In this document: positions 18,350 to 30,894 of the stretch, in pieces | Numbering within the stretch: position 1 is the stretch's first letter | How the letters are laid out: every line of letters begins with the position of its first letter | Source of the DNA: an uncultured Pseudomonadota bacterium | GTDB taxonomy: Bacteria; Pseudomonadota; Alphaproteobacteria; JACZXZ01 | DNA: 64,000 nucleotides | Direction of reading: 5' to 3' | NCBI GenBank assembly: GCA_963749075.1 | Contig: CAVVLJ010000016.1 | Location: 608,001-672,000 of the forward strand | Notes under the pieces: model-generated | The model's database searches: none | Told to the model about the DNA's origin: nothing | The model's input: only the letters and a program-made list of their open reading frames with translations | Position numbers and translations under genes: made by a program

Positions 18350-19228
18350 TTATCCGCCGTGCGCCATCGACCACGCCCAGGCGTCATGCCCGGGCGCGTA
18401 GTTGCGGTTGCTCTGCGCCGGATTGCGGTTGACGAGCGGCCGGCCGTAGAGCGGATGGCGCATGCTGCGCACTTCGTGCTCGAGGGTATGGAGCGGCTTG
18501 CCGTTCTCCGGGTCGACGATGTCCTGGAAGCGGTATTCGTGCTCGTCGGTCTCGATGGTGATGAGGCCCCTCTCGAGGAGGCGGCGGTAGGGGCCCGAGA
18601 AGTCGGCGAGATAGATCTGGATATGGTGGCCGTCATAGGCCGCGAGCGCGCCGCCGCTCTCGCGGAAGATGAGCTCCTGGCGGTAGCCGACGGCAACGCG
18701 CGCGTGGCGGCCGTGCTCGTCCTCGCCGACGCTCGCCGGCGCCTTGATGATCTGGCGGTAGAAGCGCGCGATGCCGTCGGCGGCACCCGGCGCCACGTCG
18801 AGCTCGACATAGGGCATGCCGAGCGAAATACGGCCGAAGCGCTCCTCGGGCTCGTGGCAGCGGATGACATTGCCCCAGGGCGAGGTCACCTCGACGAAGG
18901 AATTGTGCTCCTTGACGGCGAAGCGGGTGCCCTTGAAATGCTTGCGCACGGCCGAGAGGCGGGCGAGCAGCGCCTCGCGCTCCGGCAGCACGAGGCCGGT
19001 GCGCCCGCGCAGCACCTGGGGCCTGCCGGTCGGCAGGTGGAACTGGCTGCGGCCGACGTTGATCCACATGTTGTCGATGCTGGTCATGATGTAGGGATCG
19101 CGCGTCAGCCCCATGCCGCTCACGTAGAAGAGCGTCGCGATCTGCTGGTCGGGGATGCGCACGTTGAGGTGCTCGAGCCCGACGATATTGCCGAAGTCCT
19201 CCGCCTTGCGGTCGAAACGCTGCTCCAT
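18350..19228 (-). CDS. VOC/glyoxalase-superfamily hypothetical protein
   Basis: LEHLNVRIPDQQIATLFY...GLTRDPY, QFHLP, HHIQIY; abuts the hydroxylase gene. Confidence 0.7.
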   Translation of the reverse strand: MEQRFDRKAEDFGNIVGLEHLNVRIPDQQIATLFYVSGMGLTRDPYIMTSIDNMWINVGRSQFHLPTGRPQVLRGRTGLVLPEREALLARLSAVRKHFKGTRFAVKEHNSFVEVTSPWGNVIRCHEPEERFGRISLGMPYVELDVAPGAADGIARFYRQIIKAPASVGEDEHGRHARVAVGYRQELIFRESGGALAAYDGHHIQIYLADFSGPYRRLLERGLITIETDEHEYRFQDIVDPENGKPLHTLEHEVRSMRHPLYGRPLVNRNPAQSNRNYAPGHDAWAWSMAHGG

Positions 19229-19374
19229 CGGGACCTCCAACCTCGTGCCCGGACGCGCCGGCGCTTCGCGGCTGTCAACGCGCTCTTGCCGGGCTCAATA
19301 GTAGGAGCCCAATCGGCGACTGTCCATCGCCCGCCCGGGGCTCAAGTTATGGGATCGCCGCCGTTGCGCCGAGC

Positions 19375-20571
19375 TCAAAGCCTTCGCGGGATGTGGCGGG
19401 TCAAGAGCGCGAGGCCGAGCATCATGACGCCGCCGGCTACGAACACCGAGGACAGGCTGAAGAGCGAAAGCAGCACCGAGAAGACCGCGGGTGGTGCGAG
19501 CTGCGCCACGTCGCGGTAGCTTACGAACACGGTGGTCATCTCGGCACGCTCGTAAGCGTGCACGGCGCGCAGGAAGAGCGTATTGCCGGCCCCGTCGAGG
19601 ATCTCGGCAGCCAGCGCCGCGAGCACCAGCATGGCGGCGCCGATTGGCGGCAGGACGACGAGAAGGGCGGCGATGAGCGTGAAGAGGCCGGTCAGCGCAT
19701 AGCCGGCGAAGAGCAGCCGGCGCAGGCCGTAGCGCCGGCCGAGCCAGCCCCAGAGCGGCACGCTCCACATGCAGGCGGCACCGAGCGACACCATGGCGCC
19801 GCCCGTCTCGGCGCCGAGATGGGAGGTCACCGCGAAGATCGGCGCATAGACGAAGAACATGCTCCACCAGCCGGCGCGCCCGGCGGCGAGCACCCAGGCG
19901 AGGCTCAGGCGCGGCTGGGCGAAGAAGCGCCGCAGGTAGCGCACGGGGTTGGGCGGCGGGCGGTGCATTGCTTGCAGAACCGTGTTCTCGCCGAACCGGA
20001 TCGCCCAAAAGAGCGCTAGCAGGAGGAGCGCCGCCACGCCGGCGATGGCGTAGGGCGCCGCCGCGGCGGCCTTCTGCTGCAGGTAGACGCCGAACCATGG
20101 GCCGAGCGTCCAGGGTGCCGCGGAGGCGAAGATGCGCGTCGGCTCGAAGCGCCCGAGCTCCTGGCGCGGGATGTGATCGAGCACGTAGAGGCTGAGCGTC
20201 ACCTCGGCGCAGGCATAGGCGAACGTCATGAGCGTAAGCCCGAGGATCAGGCCGCTCAGCGTCTCGAGTGCGAGGAGGGCGGCGGCGGCCGCCATGAGGA
20301 GGGTGCCGATGGTGAACACGAAGCGGCGGCGGAGCACGCGGGTGAGCCAGGGGATGCCCAATCGCCCGACGAGCGCTGCGAGGCCTACGGCGAAATAGAG
20401 CAGGCTCACCGCCCAGGCGCTGCCGAGCAGCCGCAGCGCCGCGAGCGGCACCACCGTGAGCAAGATGGTTTGCGCCACGGCAAGGAGGACGAAGAGGCTG
20501 GCGAAGAGGACGACCTTCCGGCGTGCCAGTGTCGCGAGCCAGGGCACGGCGTGTGCGCTGCGAAGAGTCAT
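19375..20571 (-). CDS. MFS transporter
   Basis: About 12 hydrophobic segments; WGWLGRRYGLRR motif-A-like loop. Confidence 0.88.
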   Translation of the reverse strand: MTLRSAHAVPWLATLARRKVVLFASLFVLLAVAQTILLTVVPLAALRLLGSAWAVSLLYFAVGLAALVGRLGIPWLTRVLRRRFVFTIGTLLMAAAAALLALETLSGLILGLTLMTFAYACAEVTLSLYVLDHIPRQELGRFEPTRIFASAAPWTLGPWFGVYLQQKAAAAAPYAIAGVAALLLLALFWAIRFGENTVLQAMHRPPPNPVRYLRRFFAQPRLSLAWVLAAGRAGWWSMFFVYAPIFAVTSHLGAETGGAMVSLGAACMWSVPLWGWLGRRYGLRRLLFAGYALTGLFTLIAALLVVLPPIGAAMLVLAALAAEILDGAGNTLFLRAVHAYERAEMTTVFVSYRDVAQLAPPAVFSVLLSLFSLSSVFVAGGVMMLGLALLTRHIPRRL

Positions 20572-20662
20572 GAAGCGGCGATCCACCCGCTTGTGTTTGC
20601 CCAGCGGTTATGGTTGTTTTCCCGGTATTGAGCTAGCACTGCTCGCAAGGGAGTATGTCGAC

Positions 20663-20959
20663 ATGGCGACCAGCAAGACACAAGCGACCGTGACGCTCAA
20701 GCACATCTCGGCAGCCCTCGCCGACTCGCACGGCATGGCGAAGAAGCAGACCGAGAGTGTGCTCACGGACATGGTGGGGCTCCTGGTCAAGCATCTCAAG
20801 AAGGGGGACCGCATCCGCATCGCCGGGCTCGGCATCCTCCAGGTGAGAAAGCGCGCCGCGCGCATGGGCCGCAATCCCGCGACTGGCGAGGCGATCAAGA
20901 TCAAGGCCAGCAAGAAGGTCGCCTTCCGCGCCGCCAAGGACCTCAAGGAAGCCGTCTGA
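20663..20959 (+). CDS. HU-family DNA-binding protein
   Basis: LKKGDRIRIAGLGILQVRKRAARMGRNPATGEAIKIKASKKVAFRAAKDLKEAV. Confidence 0.96.
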   Translation: MATSKTQATVTLKHISAALADSHGMAKKQTESVLTDMVGLLVKHLKKGDRIRIAGLGILQVRKRAARMGRNPATGEAIKIKASKKVAFRAAKDLKEAV

Positions 20960-20976
20960 CGCCGTTCGCCTTGCCT

Positions 20977-21015
20977 CCCCGAACCGGCCGGGCAAGCCGG
21001 TATGGGGATTTTGTT
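20977..21015 (+). terminator. Possible intrinsic terminator after the HU gene
   Basis: TCCCC..CCGG...CCGG..GGGGA stem followed by TTTTGTT. Confidence 0.45.
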
Positions 21016-21046
21016 GCGCTGCTTTTTATTGCCATACCATATACTT

Positions 21047-21081
21047 CCCCTTCCCGGCTGAGGGGGAGGATTAGGGAGGGG
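21047..21081. repeat. Intergenic C-rich/G-rich palindromic element (REP/CIR-like), degenerate copy
   Basis: ccccttcccggctgagggggaggattagggagggg resembles the elements at 23426 and 51678. Confidence 0.6.
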
Positions 21082-21105
21082 CAGCGCAGCAAGCGGGGCC
21101 GGGTC

Positions 21106-21945
21106 TTAAAGCGTCGACTCGACGATGCGGCGCAGCTCGGGCGTCACCTCCGGGAGTATGCCGAACCACGCCTGAAAGGCGGGGCGCGCCTGGTGCAGCA
21201 GCATGCCCAGGCCGTCGACGGTCGGGTTGCCGCGCCGCCGCGCCGCGGCAAGGAGCGGCGTCTCGAGCGGAATGTAGACGATGTCCGAGACGACTGCCGC
21301 GCGCGGCAGTGCGGCGAGCGAGAGCTCGAGCGGCGGCTCGCCCGCCATGCCCTGGCTCGTTGTATTGACGAGCAGGGCCACGTCCGCGAGGGCCGCCTCG
21401 CGCCCCTGCCAGGGCAATGCCGCGACCGGCGGGCCGTAGTCGTGCGCGAGCGCCTCGGCGCGCGCATCGCTGCGGTTCAAGACGCGGATCTCCCTGGCGC
21501 CGCGGTCTGCCAGGCTGGCGACCACCGCGCGGGCGCCGCCGCCGGCGCCCAGCACGGCGATCGGACCCGCGTCGGCGCGCCAGTCGGGCTTGGCCTCGCG
21601 CAGGCTCTCGATGTAGCCGAAGGCGTCGGTATTGGAGGCGGCAAGCGTGCCGTCCGCGCCGACCACGATGGTGTTGACGGCGCCGATGCGGCGCGCCAAC
21701 TCATCGACCCGGTCGGCGAGCCGCAAGGCGGCTTCCTTGTGGGGGATGGTCACGTTGCAGCCGGCGAAACCGAGCGCCGCGAGGCCCTTGAACGCCGCCG
21801 CGAGATTCTCGGGTCTAACCGCGAGCGGCACGTAGCTTCCCGCGATGGCGTGCCGCTCGAGCCAATAGCCGTGCACCATGGGCGAGCGCGAGTGGTACAC
21901 CGGCCAGCCCATGATGCCGGCCAATCCGAAGGTCTTTGCCGTCAC
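21106..21945 (-). CDS. aroE: Shikimate dehydrogenase
   Basis: HSRSPMVH, GCNVTIPHKE, GAVNT, NTDAFG, GAGGGARA, DIVYIPLETPLL, GLGMLLHQA. Confidence 0.93.
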   Translation of the reverse strand: MTAKTFGLAGIMGWPVYHSRSPMVHGYWLERHAIAGSYVPLAVRPENLAAAFKGLAALGFAGCNVTIPHKEAALRLADRVDELARRIGAVNTIVVGADGTLAASNTDAFGYIESLREAKPDWRADAGPIAVLGAGGGARAVVASLADRGAREIRVLNRSDARAEALAHDYGPPVAALPWQGREAALADVALLVNTTSQGMAGEPPLELSLAALPRAAVVSDIVYIPLETPLLAAARRRGNPTVDGLGMLLHQARPAFQAWFGILPEVTPELRRIVESTL

Positions 21946-22134
21946 GGAGTTGAGCGCCCCTGTCGCCCGCGCAAACGATCGCCGCTGCCGCCTCAGTCGA
22001 ACGCGGCGCCAAGCGCCCGCGGTTGGCGGACTGTAGCACGGAAGGCAGGCAGCGGCGACACGGGGAGCGCCGCCCGGCCGATGGACTCAGGCCGCCGCAG
22101 CCGCTAAATTCGCACTTTCGGTGGGGAGCTCGGG

Positions 22135-22704
22135 ATGGCGCTCGATCCGCAGCGGCTCAGGGAGATGCAAAGACCGGCCGGCTTGCCCTTTCGCATCGGC
22201 AAGATCGGCCACATCGTCCTCAACGTCGCCGATCTCGAGCGCTCGGTGCGCTTCTACACCCAAGTGCTCGGCCTCAGCGTCTCCGACGTTTATCCCGAGG
22301 AGATGGTGCCGGGCGGCATGGTCTTCATGCGCTGCAATGCCGACCACCACGGCTTGGCGCTGGTCGGCTCGCTGAAGGGCGCCTCGGCGAACGTCGAGCT
22401 CAACCACTTCGCCTTCGAGGTCGCCACCCTCGACGAGGTGCTGCGCGCGCGCGACCATCTCAAGAAGCTCGGCGTGCCGATCGACTTCGAGGGACGACGC
22501 CGCGCCGGCGTGCAGATCGCCGTCGAGTTCCGCGACCCCGACAACCATCGCGTCGAGATCTATTGGGGCATCGACCAGGTCGGCAGCGGCGGGCGGGTGC
22601 GGCCGCCCGGCGAATGGAAGTGGGCGCACAGCATCAAGGAGGCGCTCGCCGACCCGGTGCGCGGACAGGACACCACCCTTCACGACGGCACGCCACGCGA
22701 GTAG
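22135..22704 (+). CDS. VOC family protein (glyoxalase/extradiol-dioxygenase-like)
   Basis: IGHIVLNVADLERSVRFY, DHHGLAL, LNHFAFEV, FRDPDNHRVE. Confidence 0.88.
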   Translation: MALDPQRLREMQRPAGLPFRIGKIGHIVLNVADLERSVRFYTQVLGLSVSDVYPEEMVPGGMVFMRCNADHHGLALVGSLKGASANVELNHFAFEVATLDEVLRARDHLKKLGVPIDFEGRRRAGVQIAVEFRDPDNHRVEIYWGIDQVGSGGRVRPPGEWKWAHSIKEALADPVRGQDTTLHDGTPRE

Positions 22705-22756
22705 TGCCGCCCGCCGCATACCAGATTCACAGCACGATAAGTGGGAGGATGCTGCC

Positions 22757-23392
22757 ATGATGAAGCTCTACTTCTCGCCCGGCGCCTGCTCGATGGCGTC
22801 GCACATAGCCCTCGAGGAGACCGGCGCCCCTTACGAGGAGCAGGCCGTGGCACTCGCGAAGGGCGAGCAGATGACCGAGGCCTATCTCAAGATCAACCCG
22901 CGGGGCAAGGTGCCGGCGCTCGCCGTCGACGGCGCCGTGCTCACCGAGAACGTCGCCATCCTGACTTACCTCGGCATGGGGTTCCCCTCGGCGAAGCTGC
23001 TGCCGCGGGACGCCTTCGAGGAGGTGCGCTGCATCTCGACCATGGCCTGGCTCTCGAACACGGTCCACCCGTCCTTCACCCACATCTTCCGGCCCGAGCG
23101 CTTCGCGGCCGACGCCGCCACCCACGCCGCCATCAAGGAGACCGGCCGCAAGGCGTTCTGGGCCAACCTCGAGGAGATCGACGGGCTGCTCAAGGGCAAG
23201 GAGTGGATGATGGGCGGGCACTATAGCGTCGTCGACCCCTACGCGCTCGTCTTCTACGGCTGGGGTAAGCGCATCGAGCTGCCGGTCAAGGAGCTCGCCA
23301 ACTACACGGCCTGGAAGGACCGCATGCTGCAGCGCCCCGCCGTCCGCCGCGTGCTCGAGCGCGAAGAGAGCGTGCTCCTCAAGGCGGCGTGA
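22757..23392 (+). CDS. Glutathione S-transferase (beta class-like)
   Basis: MKLYFSPGACSMASHIALEE, INPRGKVPAL, LTENVAI. Confidence 0.95.
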   Translation: MMKLYFSPGACSMASHIALEETGAPYEEQAVALAKGEQMTEAYLKINPRGKVPALAVDGAVLTENVAILTYLGMGFPSAKLLPRDAFEEVRCISTMAWLSNTVHPSFTHIFRPERFAADAATHAAIKETGRKAFWANLEEIDGLLKGKEWMMGGHYSVVDPYALVFYGWGKRIELPVKELANYTAWKDRMLQRPAVRRVLEREESVLLKAA

Positions 23393-23425
23393 GGGGCGGA
23401 CGCGGATCCAGCAGGCCGAGGCAAG

Positions 23426-23519
23426 CCCCTCTCCCGCTCGCGGGAGAGGGAAGGGGCCCGTCCCGAAGGGATGGGAAGGGTGAGGGAATGCCGGATGTCG
23501 GCGCCATCCCTCACCCTCC
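23426..23519. repeat. Composite intergenic palindromic element (REP/CIR-like) between convergent genes
   Basis: CCCTCTCCCGC-TC-GCGGGAGAGGG hairpin, then GGAAGGGTGAGGG and its near-complement CCCTCACCCTCC. Confidence 0.75.
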
Positions 23520-23569
23520 TACGAGTTGGTTTCCTCCAATCGGCGGCTGCCGGCGCAGCCGCTCTTATT

Positions 23570-24445
23570 TCAATTGCGGCGCCGAGGCGCCCGCTCTGCG
23601 ACGCCGCAGCCTTCGACCACCCGCTCCAGCCAGGCGATCACCGCGGCGATGCGCGCCTGCGGCCTGAGCTCGCGATGCACCAGAAGCCAGATCTCGCGGG
23701 AGAGCACGGGCGCGGCGCCGCTCAGGCGCTTGAGCTGCCGCTCGCGCTCGGCCGCGAAGCAGGGGAGCAGCGATTTGCCGAGGCCGGCGCGCAAGGCCTC
23801 GAGGATCGCTTCCGCGTCATTGACCATGAGCCGGGAGCTGCCGCCCTCCTCGCCGGCCGCCGCGGCGATCCAACGCGCCTGCGGCAGGTCGGCCTGCCCT
23901 TCCTCGTACGTGATCCAAGGGAGGCTCTCCGCGCCCGCCCGGCGCGGGCCATAGACGGCGTAGTCGAGCCGGCCGATGCGCCGCGCCAGCGCCGTGCCGG
24001 CCGTGGGCCGCGCCAGACGCAAGGCCACGTCGGCCTCCCGCCGCGTCAGGCTGAGATTGCGCGGCTCGGCGATGAGCTCGATCTCGAGGCGAGGATGTGC
24101 TGAGTAAAGCTCGGGGAGGGCGGGGATCAGCAAGCGGTTCGCCAGCACCGGCACCGCCGTCAGCCGCACGGCTCCGGCGGGCACGGCGTCGCTATCCGAG
24201 ACGCCGCCCTCGAGCGCCTCGACCGCCTGCTCCATGTCCGCCGCGCGGGAGATCGCCGCCTTTCCCGCCGCGGTCGGAAGAAGGGCTCCCTCCTTGCGGT
24301 CGAAGAGGCGCGCGCCGAGTGCCGCCTCCGCCGCCGCAAGCCGGCGCGCGGCGGTGGTCTGGTTGACGCGGAGCCGCCGCGCGGCACCCGCAAGCGTTCC
24401 CGCGCGCGCGATCGCCAGGACGTAGCGCAGATCGTTCCAGTTCAT
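23570..24445 (-). CDS. LysR-family transcriptional regulator
   Basis: MNWNDLRYVLAIARAGTLAGAARRLRVNQTTAARRL; LTRREADVALR. Confidence 0.95.
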   Translation of the reverse strand: MNWNDLRYVLAIARAGTLAGAARRLRVNQTTAARRLAAAEAALGARLFDRKEGALLPTAAGKAAISRAADMEQAVEALEGGVSDSDAVPAGAVRLTAVPVLANRLLIPALPELYSAHPRLEIELIAEPRNLSLTRREADVALRLARPTAGTALARRIGRLDYAVYGPRRAGAESLPWITYEEGQADLPQARWIAAAAGEEGGSSRLMVNDAEAILEALRAGLGKSLLPCFAAERERQLKRLSGAAPVLSREIWLLVHRELRPQARIAAVIAWLERVVEGCGVAERAPRRRN

Positions 24446-24449
24446 GGCC

Positions 24450-24463
24450 CTGCAATTTTGCAG
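24450..24463. promoter_or_regulatory. Candidate LysR operator palindrome
   Basis: CTGCA-ATTT-TGCAG directly before the LysR start, in the divergent LysR/YciI region. Confidence 0.55.
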
Positions 24464-24548
24464 AATCGAGCGGCGATATCGATTGTTTATTTGCAGGTCT
24501 GCCCATGCTACCTGCAAGCCAGCGGCGAACCCCGCGGGAGGCCAGGAA

Positions 24549-24845
24549 ATGCTCTACGCCGTCCTCTTCACCGACAACGACGAGCATGGCGGTGTCCGCC
24601 AACGGCTGATGCCGGCTCATCTCGAGTTCCTCGCGCAAAACCGCGATCGCATCCGCGCCGCAGGTCCGCTGCGCGACACGGCGGATGGCGCCGCGGCGGG
24701 CGGGCTCTGGCTGGTCGAAGCGGAGAGCGCCGAGGCCGTCGCCGCGCTAACCCGCCTCGATCCCTTCTGGACGACCGGGCTCCGCCGCTCGGTGCGCGTC
24801 CTCGAGTGGTCTCAAGTCTTCGCGGACGGCCACGCCACGACGTGA
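24549..24845 (+). CDS. YciI family protein
   Basis: RQRLMPAHLEFL...AAGPL...GGLWLVEA...DPFW. Confidence 0.9.
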   Translation: MLYAVLFTDNDEHGGVRQRLMPAHLEFLAQNRDRIRAAGPLRDTADGAAAGGLWLVEAESAEAVAALTRLDPFWTTGLRRSVRVLEWSQVFADGHATT

Positions 24846-24944
24846 GTCGCTCGTTCGGATTCGGCATGTGCTGCAGCCGTCGGCAGTCTTTTGGCCGGGC
24901 GACAATGCGCGCGCCGAGCGGCGCTCGAGCGTGGATGGGGCCGA

Positions 24945-25145
24945 TCAGATTTTGGCGGCGAATTTCGGACGCCGCCCCTGAGCGCGAGCGGACGTGGCGA
25001 TCGCCTCGAGGAGGGCGCGCTTCTCGGGCGTGCGCCGGCCACCCGGGTTCGGGGCCACGACGACCGGTCCGCTCCAGCCGAGCGCGGCCTTGCGGCGCTC
25101 AAGGCGCTTCACCTGCTCCTCAAGAGTGATCGCGCGCGACGTCAT
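24945..25145 (-). CDS. Small basic hypothetical protein (possible partner of the nucleotidyltransferase)
   Basis: 66 aa ORF overlapping the 3' end of the upstream NTase gene by 26 nt. Confidence 0.55.
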   Translation of the reverse strand: MTSRAITLEEQVKRLERRKAALGWSGPVVVAPNPGGRRTPEKRALLEAIATSARAQGRRPKFAAKI

Positions 25146-25701
25146 GGGCGTAGTCCCTCAGGAAGACGAGGCCGTAATCGCCGGCCGTTTCGTTCCGGAT
25201 TCCGCGGTCAAGATAGGCTTCGTCGATCTCGTTCGCAAGGAGATAGAGCTTGACGGCCTGATCCAGCATAGCGGGAACGCCGCCGGGGCTGGAATTGAAT
25301 TGCCCCATGCGGTCGGCGATCAGGTTCTCGACGGGCGGCAGTCGGAGCTGATGGCCGTGCACGTCCACCAGGATCAGTCGGCTGCGGTCGGAGCGGCCGT
25401 CGTATAGTTGTCCGCTCACGATCTCCACGCCAATGTCGAAGTCGGGATGATAGAGGCCGCGCAGGAGATGGCCCACGCAATTCTCCCGGCGGAAGCCCAG
25501 CGCGAGAAGCGCCGCCGTGAAGGCGGCCACCGCCTCGGTGACGAAATCGAAGTCGCCAGAGGTCACCGCGCCGCTCGTGAAGAACTCTACCGCGCCGCCG
25601 CCGACCAGGATGGGCCGCGGATGGCCGGCCTTTGCCACCGCATCTGAGGCCGCGGCGCCCAGGGCCAGAGCATGCTCGAACTCCGGGCGGAAGGCACCCA
25701 C
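25120..25701 (-). CDS. Nucleotidyltransferase-fold protein (DUF6036/AbiEii/MenT-like)
   Basis: ILVGGGAVEFFTSGAVTSGDFDF = GG..A-x-DxD motif; ENLIADR; start uncertain (25701 or 25731). Confidence 0.7.
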   Translation of the reverse strand: MGAFRPEFEHALALGAAASDAVAKAGHPRPILVGGGAVEFFTSGAVTSGDFDFVTEAVAAFTAALLALGFRRENCVGHLLRGLYHPDFDIGVEIVSGQLYDGRSDRSRLILVDVHGHQLRLPPVENLIADRMGQFNSSPGGVPAMLDQAVKLYLLANEIDEAYLDRGIRNETAGDYGLVFLRDYAHDVARDHS

Positions 25702-25712
25702 CTTCCGTCTGC

Positions 25713-26120
25713 CTAACCCGCCGACGGCCAATAGAAGGAATGGGAGACGGCAGCTCCGGGGCGGATGTCGACCGCTTCCGTGAGCGTCTTGCCGCCGTAC
25801 TCGACCACCACGTCGTATTTGCCGGGGCTGAGCTGGGCCAGGAAATAGGGTCCGTCGGCGACCGCCTCGAGAAGCGTCTTGCCGCTGCGGTCGATGAGCT
25901 TCACCTTGACGCCGCCCAGGTACTCGCCGGTGTCGCGGGCGACGAAGAGGAGGCGCAAGGAGTAGCTCTGCTCGATGGCGAGGATGGTGTTGCGCTCCTC
26001 CTGGCCGATGCCGCCGCTCACGTAAGCGATGCCGTTCTCCGTGTGGGTCTGCAGCTGCTGCGCGTGGGCGGCGAATGCGAGGATGCTCAGGGTCAATGCC
26101 AGTGCTGCGATCTTGCTCAT
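25713..26120 (-). CDS. Exported carboxypeptidase-regulatory-like (transthyretin-fold) protein
   Basis: Signal peptide MSKIAALALTLSILAFAAHA; YVSGGIG, GEYLGGVKVKL, DGPYFLAQLSPGKY. Confidence 0.75.
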   Translation of the reverse strand: MSKIAALALTLSILAFAAHAQQLQTHTENGIAYVSGGIGQEERNTILAIEQSYSLRLLFVARDTGEYLGGVKVKLIDRSGKTLLEAVADGPYFLAQLSPGKYDVVVEYGGKTLTEAVDIRPGAAVSHSFYWPSAG

Positions 26121-26151
26121 CTCTCCCGTCTCCGGTTGGTGACGGCGCCGG

Positions 26152-29736
<3,585 letters not shown>

Positions 29737-29824
29737 GAGCTACGCCCGCGAGCTGCTGATTAAAGTCATTCTGATATTAGATGTAGCGAGCCGGAGCGCC
29801 CATGGCCAGTGTTGCGAATGGGAC

Positions 29825-29838
29825 TTGCAAAACTGCAA
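29825..29838. promoter_or_regulatory. Candidate LysR operator palindrome (T-N11-A)
   Basis: TTGCA-AAAC-TGCAA in the divergent ABC/LysR region; same TGCA-N4-TGCA core as 24450. Confidence 0.55.
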
Positions 29839-29939
29839 CCCCGCCTCGGGGGGATGGCGTCCGGCCGCTCTCGGCCTCGGCTCTCGCGATTGCCGCTCAG
29901 CCATTCCTTGCATCTTGCGCCGCGTATACTATTGCAAAC

Positions 29940-30851
29940 ATGAAACCCCTGAGGCCGCAGCTCCTGGAGTGGAACGACGTTCGGCTGCTCCTGGCGGTCG
30001 CGAACCAGGGCACTTACGCGGCGGCGGCGCGTCACGCCGGCGTCAGTCTCGCCACCGTCGGCCGGCGGATTCGCCTCTTGGAAAGGTCGCTCGGCACCAA
30101 GCTGGTGGAGCGGCGGCCGGATGGGCACCGGCTTACCGCGCAGGCCCAGGCGCTGCTGCCGGCCGCCAGCAGAATGGCGGCAGCCGCCGGGGACCTCTAT
30201 GCAAGCATTGGCGCCGGGAGTGCGAACGTTCGCATCGTCGCCCGCGAGTGGGAGGCCCTCTTCCTCATCAGGCATCTCGCCGAGCTCAAATCGAGCTTGC
30301 CCGGCATCGATATCGAGATCGGCTCCAACCATTGGCCGGACCTCGCGAGACGGGAGGCAGATCTCGTCTTGACCGAGCATTCTCCGGCCTCTGGAAGCGT
30401 CATTGCCCGCAAGCTGGGGGCCATGTCCTTCGCCGCCTATGCGGGCAGCACCTACGCTTCGGGCGAGCGGCGCGCGTTCAGCGAGGAGCGCTACGCGGCT
30501 TGCGCCTGGGTCGGCTTCACGCCGGCCCACAGCTATTTTGCCGCGGAGCAGTGGCTCGCCCGCCACCGGCCGGATGGCGTGCCGCCGACGCACCGCTTCG
30601 ACAATGCCTTCATGGTGCTCGAGGCCGTGCGCCACGGCAGCGGCCTGGGGCTCCTGCCGGTGTGGTTGGGCGAGAGCGATGCCTCGCTCGTGCGGGTGTC
30701 CCCCGTCTTGCGCGACCTCGTCCATACGACGAATTACTTGATGAACGCCGATCTGCGCGACGAGCCTCGCGTCCGCGCCGTAGCCGACGCCGTCCACGCT
30801 CTCTTTCGGCGCGAGCGGAGCCGTCTCGCGGGGGAGGCCGTCCGCCCGTGA
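29940..30851 (+). CDS. LysR-family transcriptional regulator
   Basis: LEWNDVRLLLAVANQGTYAAAARHAGVSLATVGRRIRLLE; DLARREADL. Confidence 0.93.
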   Translation: MKPLRPQLLEWNDVRLLLAVANQGTYAAAARHAGVSLATVGRRIRLLERSLGTKLVERRPDGHRLTAQAQALLPAASRMAAAAGDLYASIGAGSANVRIVAREWEALFLIRHLAELKSSLPGIDIEIGSNHWPDLARREADLVLTEHSPASGSVIARKLGAMSFAAYAGSTYASGERRAFSEERYAACAWVGFTPAHSYFAAEQWLARHRPDGVPPTHRFDNAFMVLEAVRHGSGLGLLPVWLGESDASLVRVSPVLRDLVHTTNYLMNADLRDEPRVRAVADAVHALFRRERSRLAGEAVRP

Positions 30852-30894
30852 CGGGCGTCCCCGCCGGCCTTGATGCCATCGTTCGCCCGATCGG

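Noticed and set aside
18349-18870. 576-aa version of the flavin hydroxylase
   Set aside because: The upstream part overlaps the VOC gene in another frame and is S/R/T-rich noise; start placed at 18348
29811-29830. TTGCGAATGGGACTTGCAA as a Fur/Mur box
   Set aside because: Half-site spacing does not fit what I recall of the consensus, and the overlapping TTGCA-N4-TGCAA dyad is better explained as a LysR site
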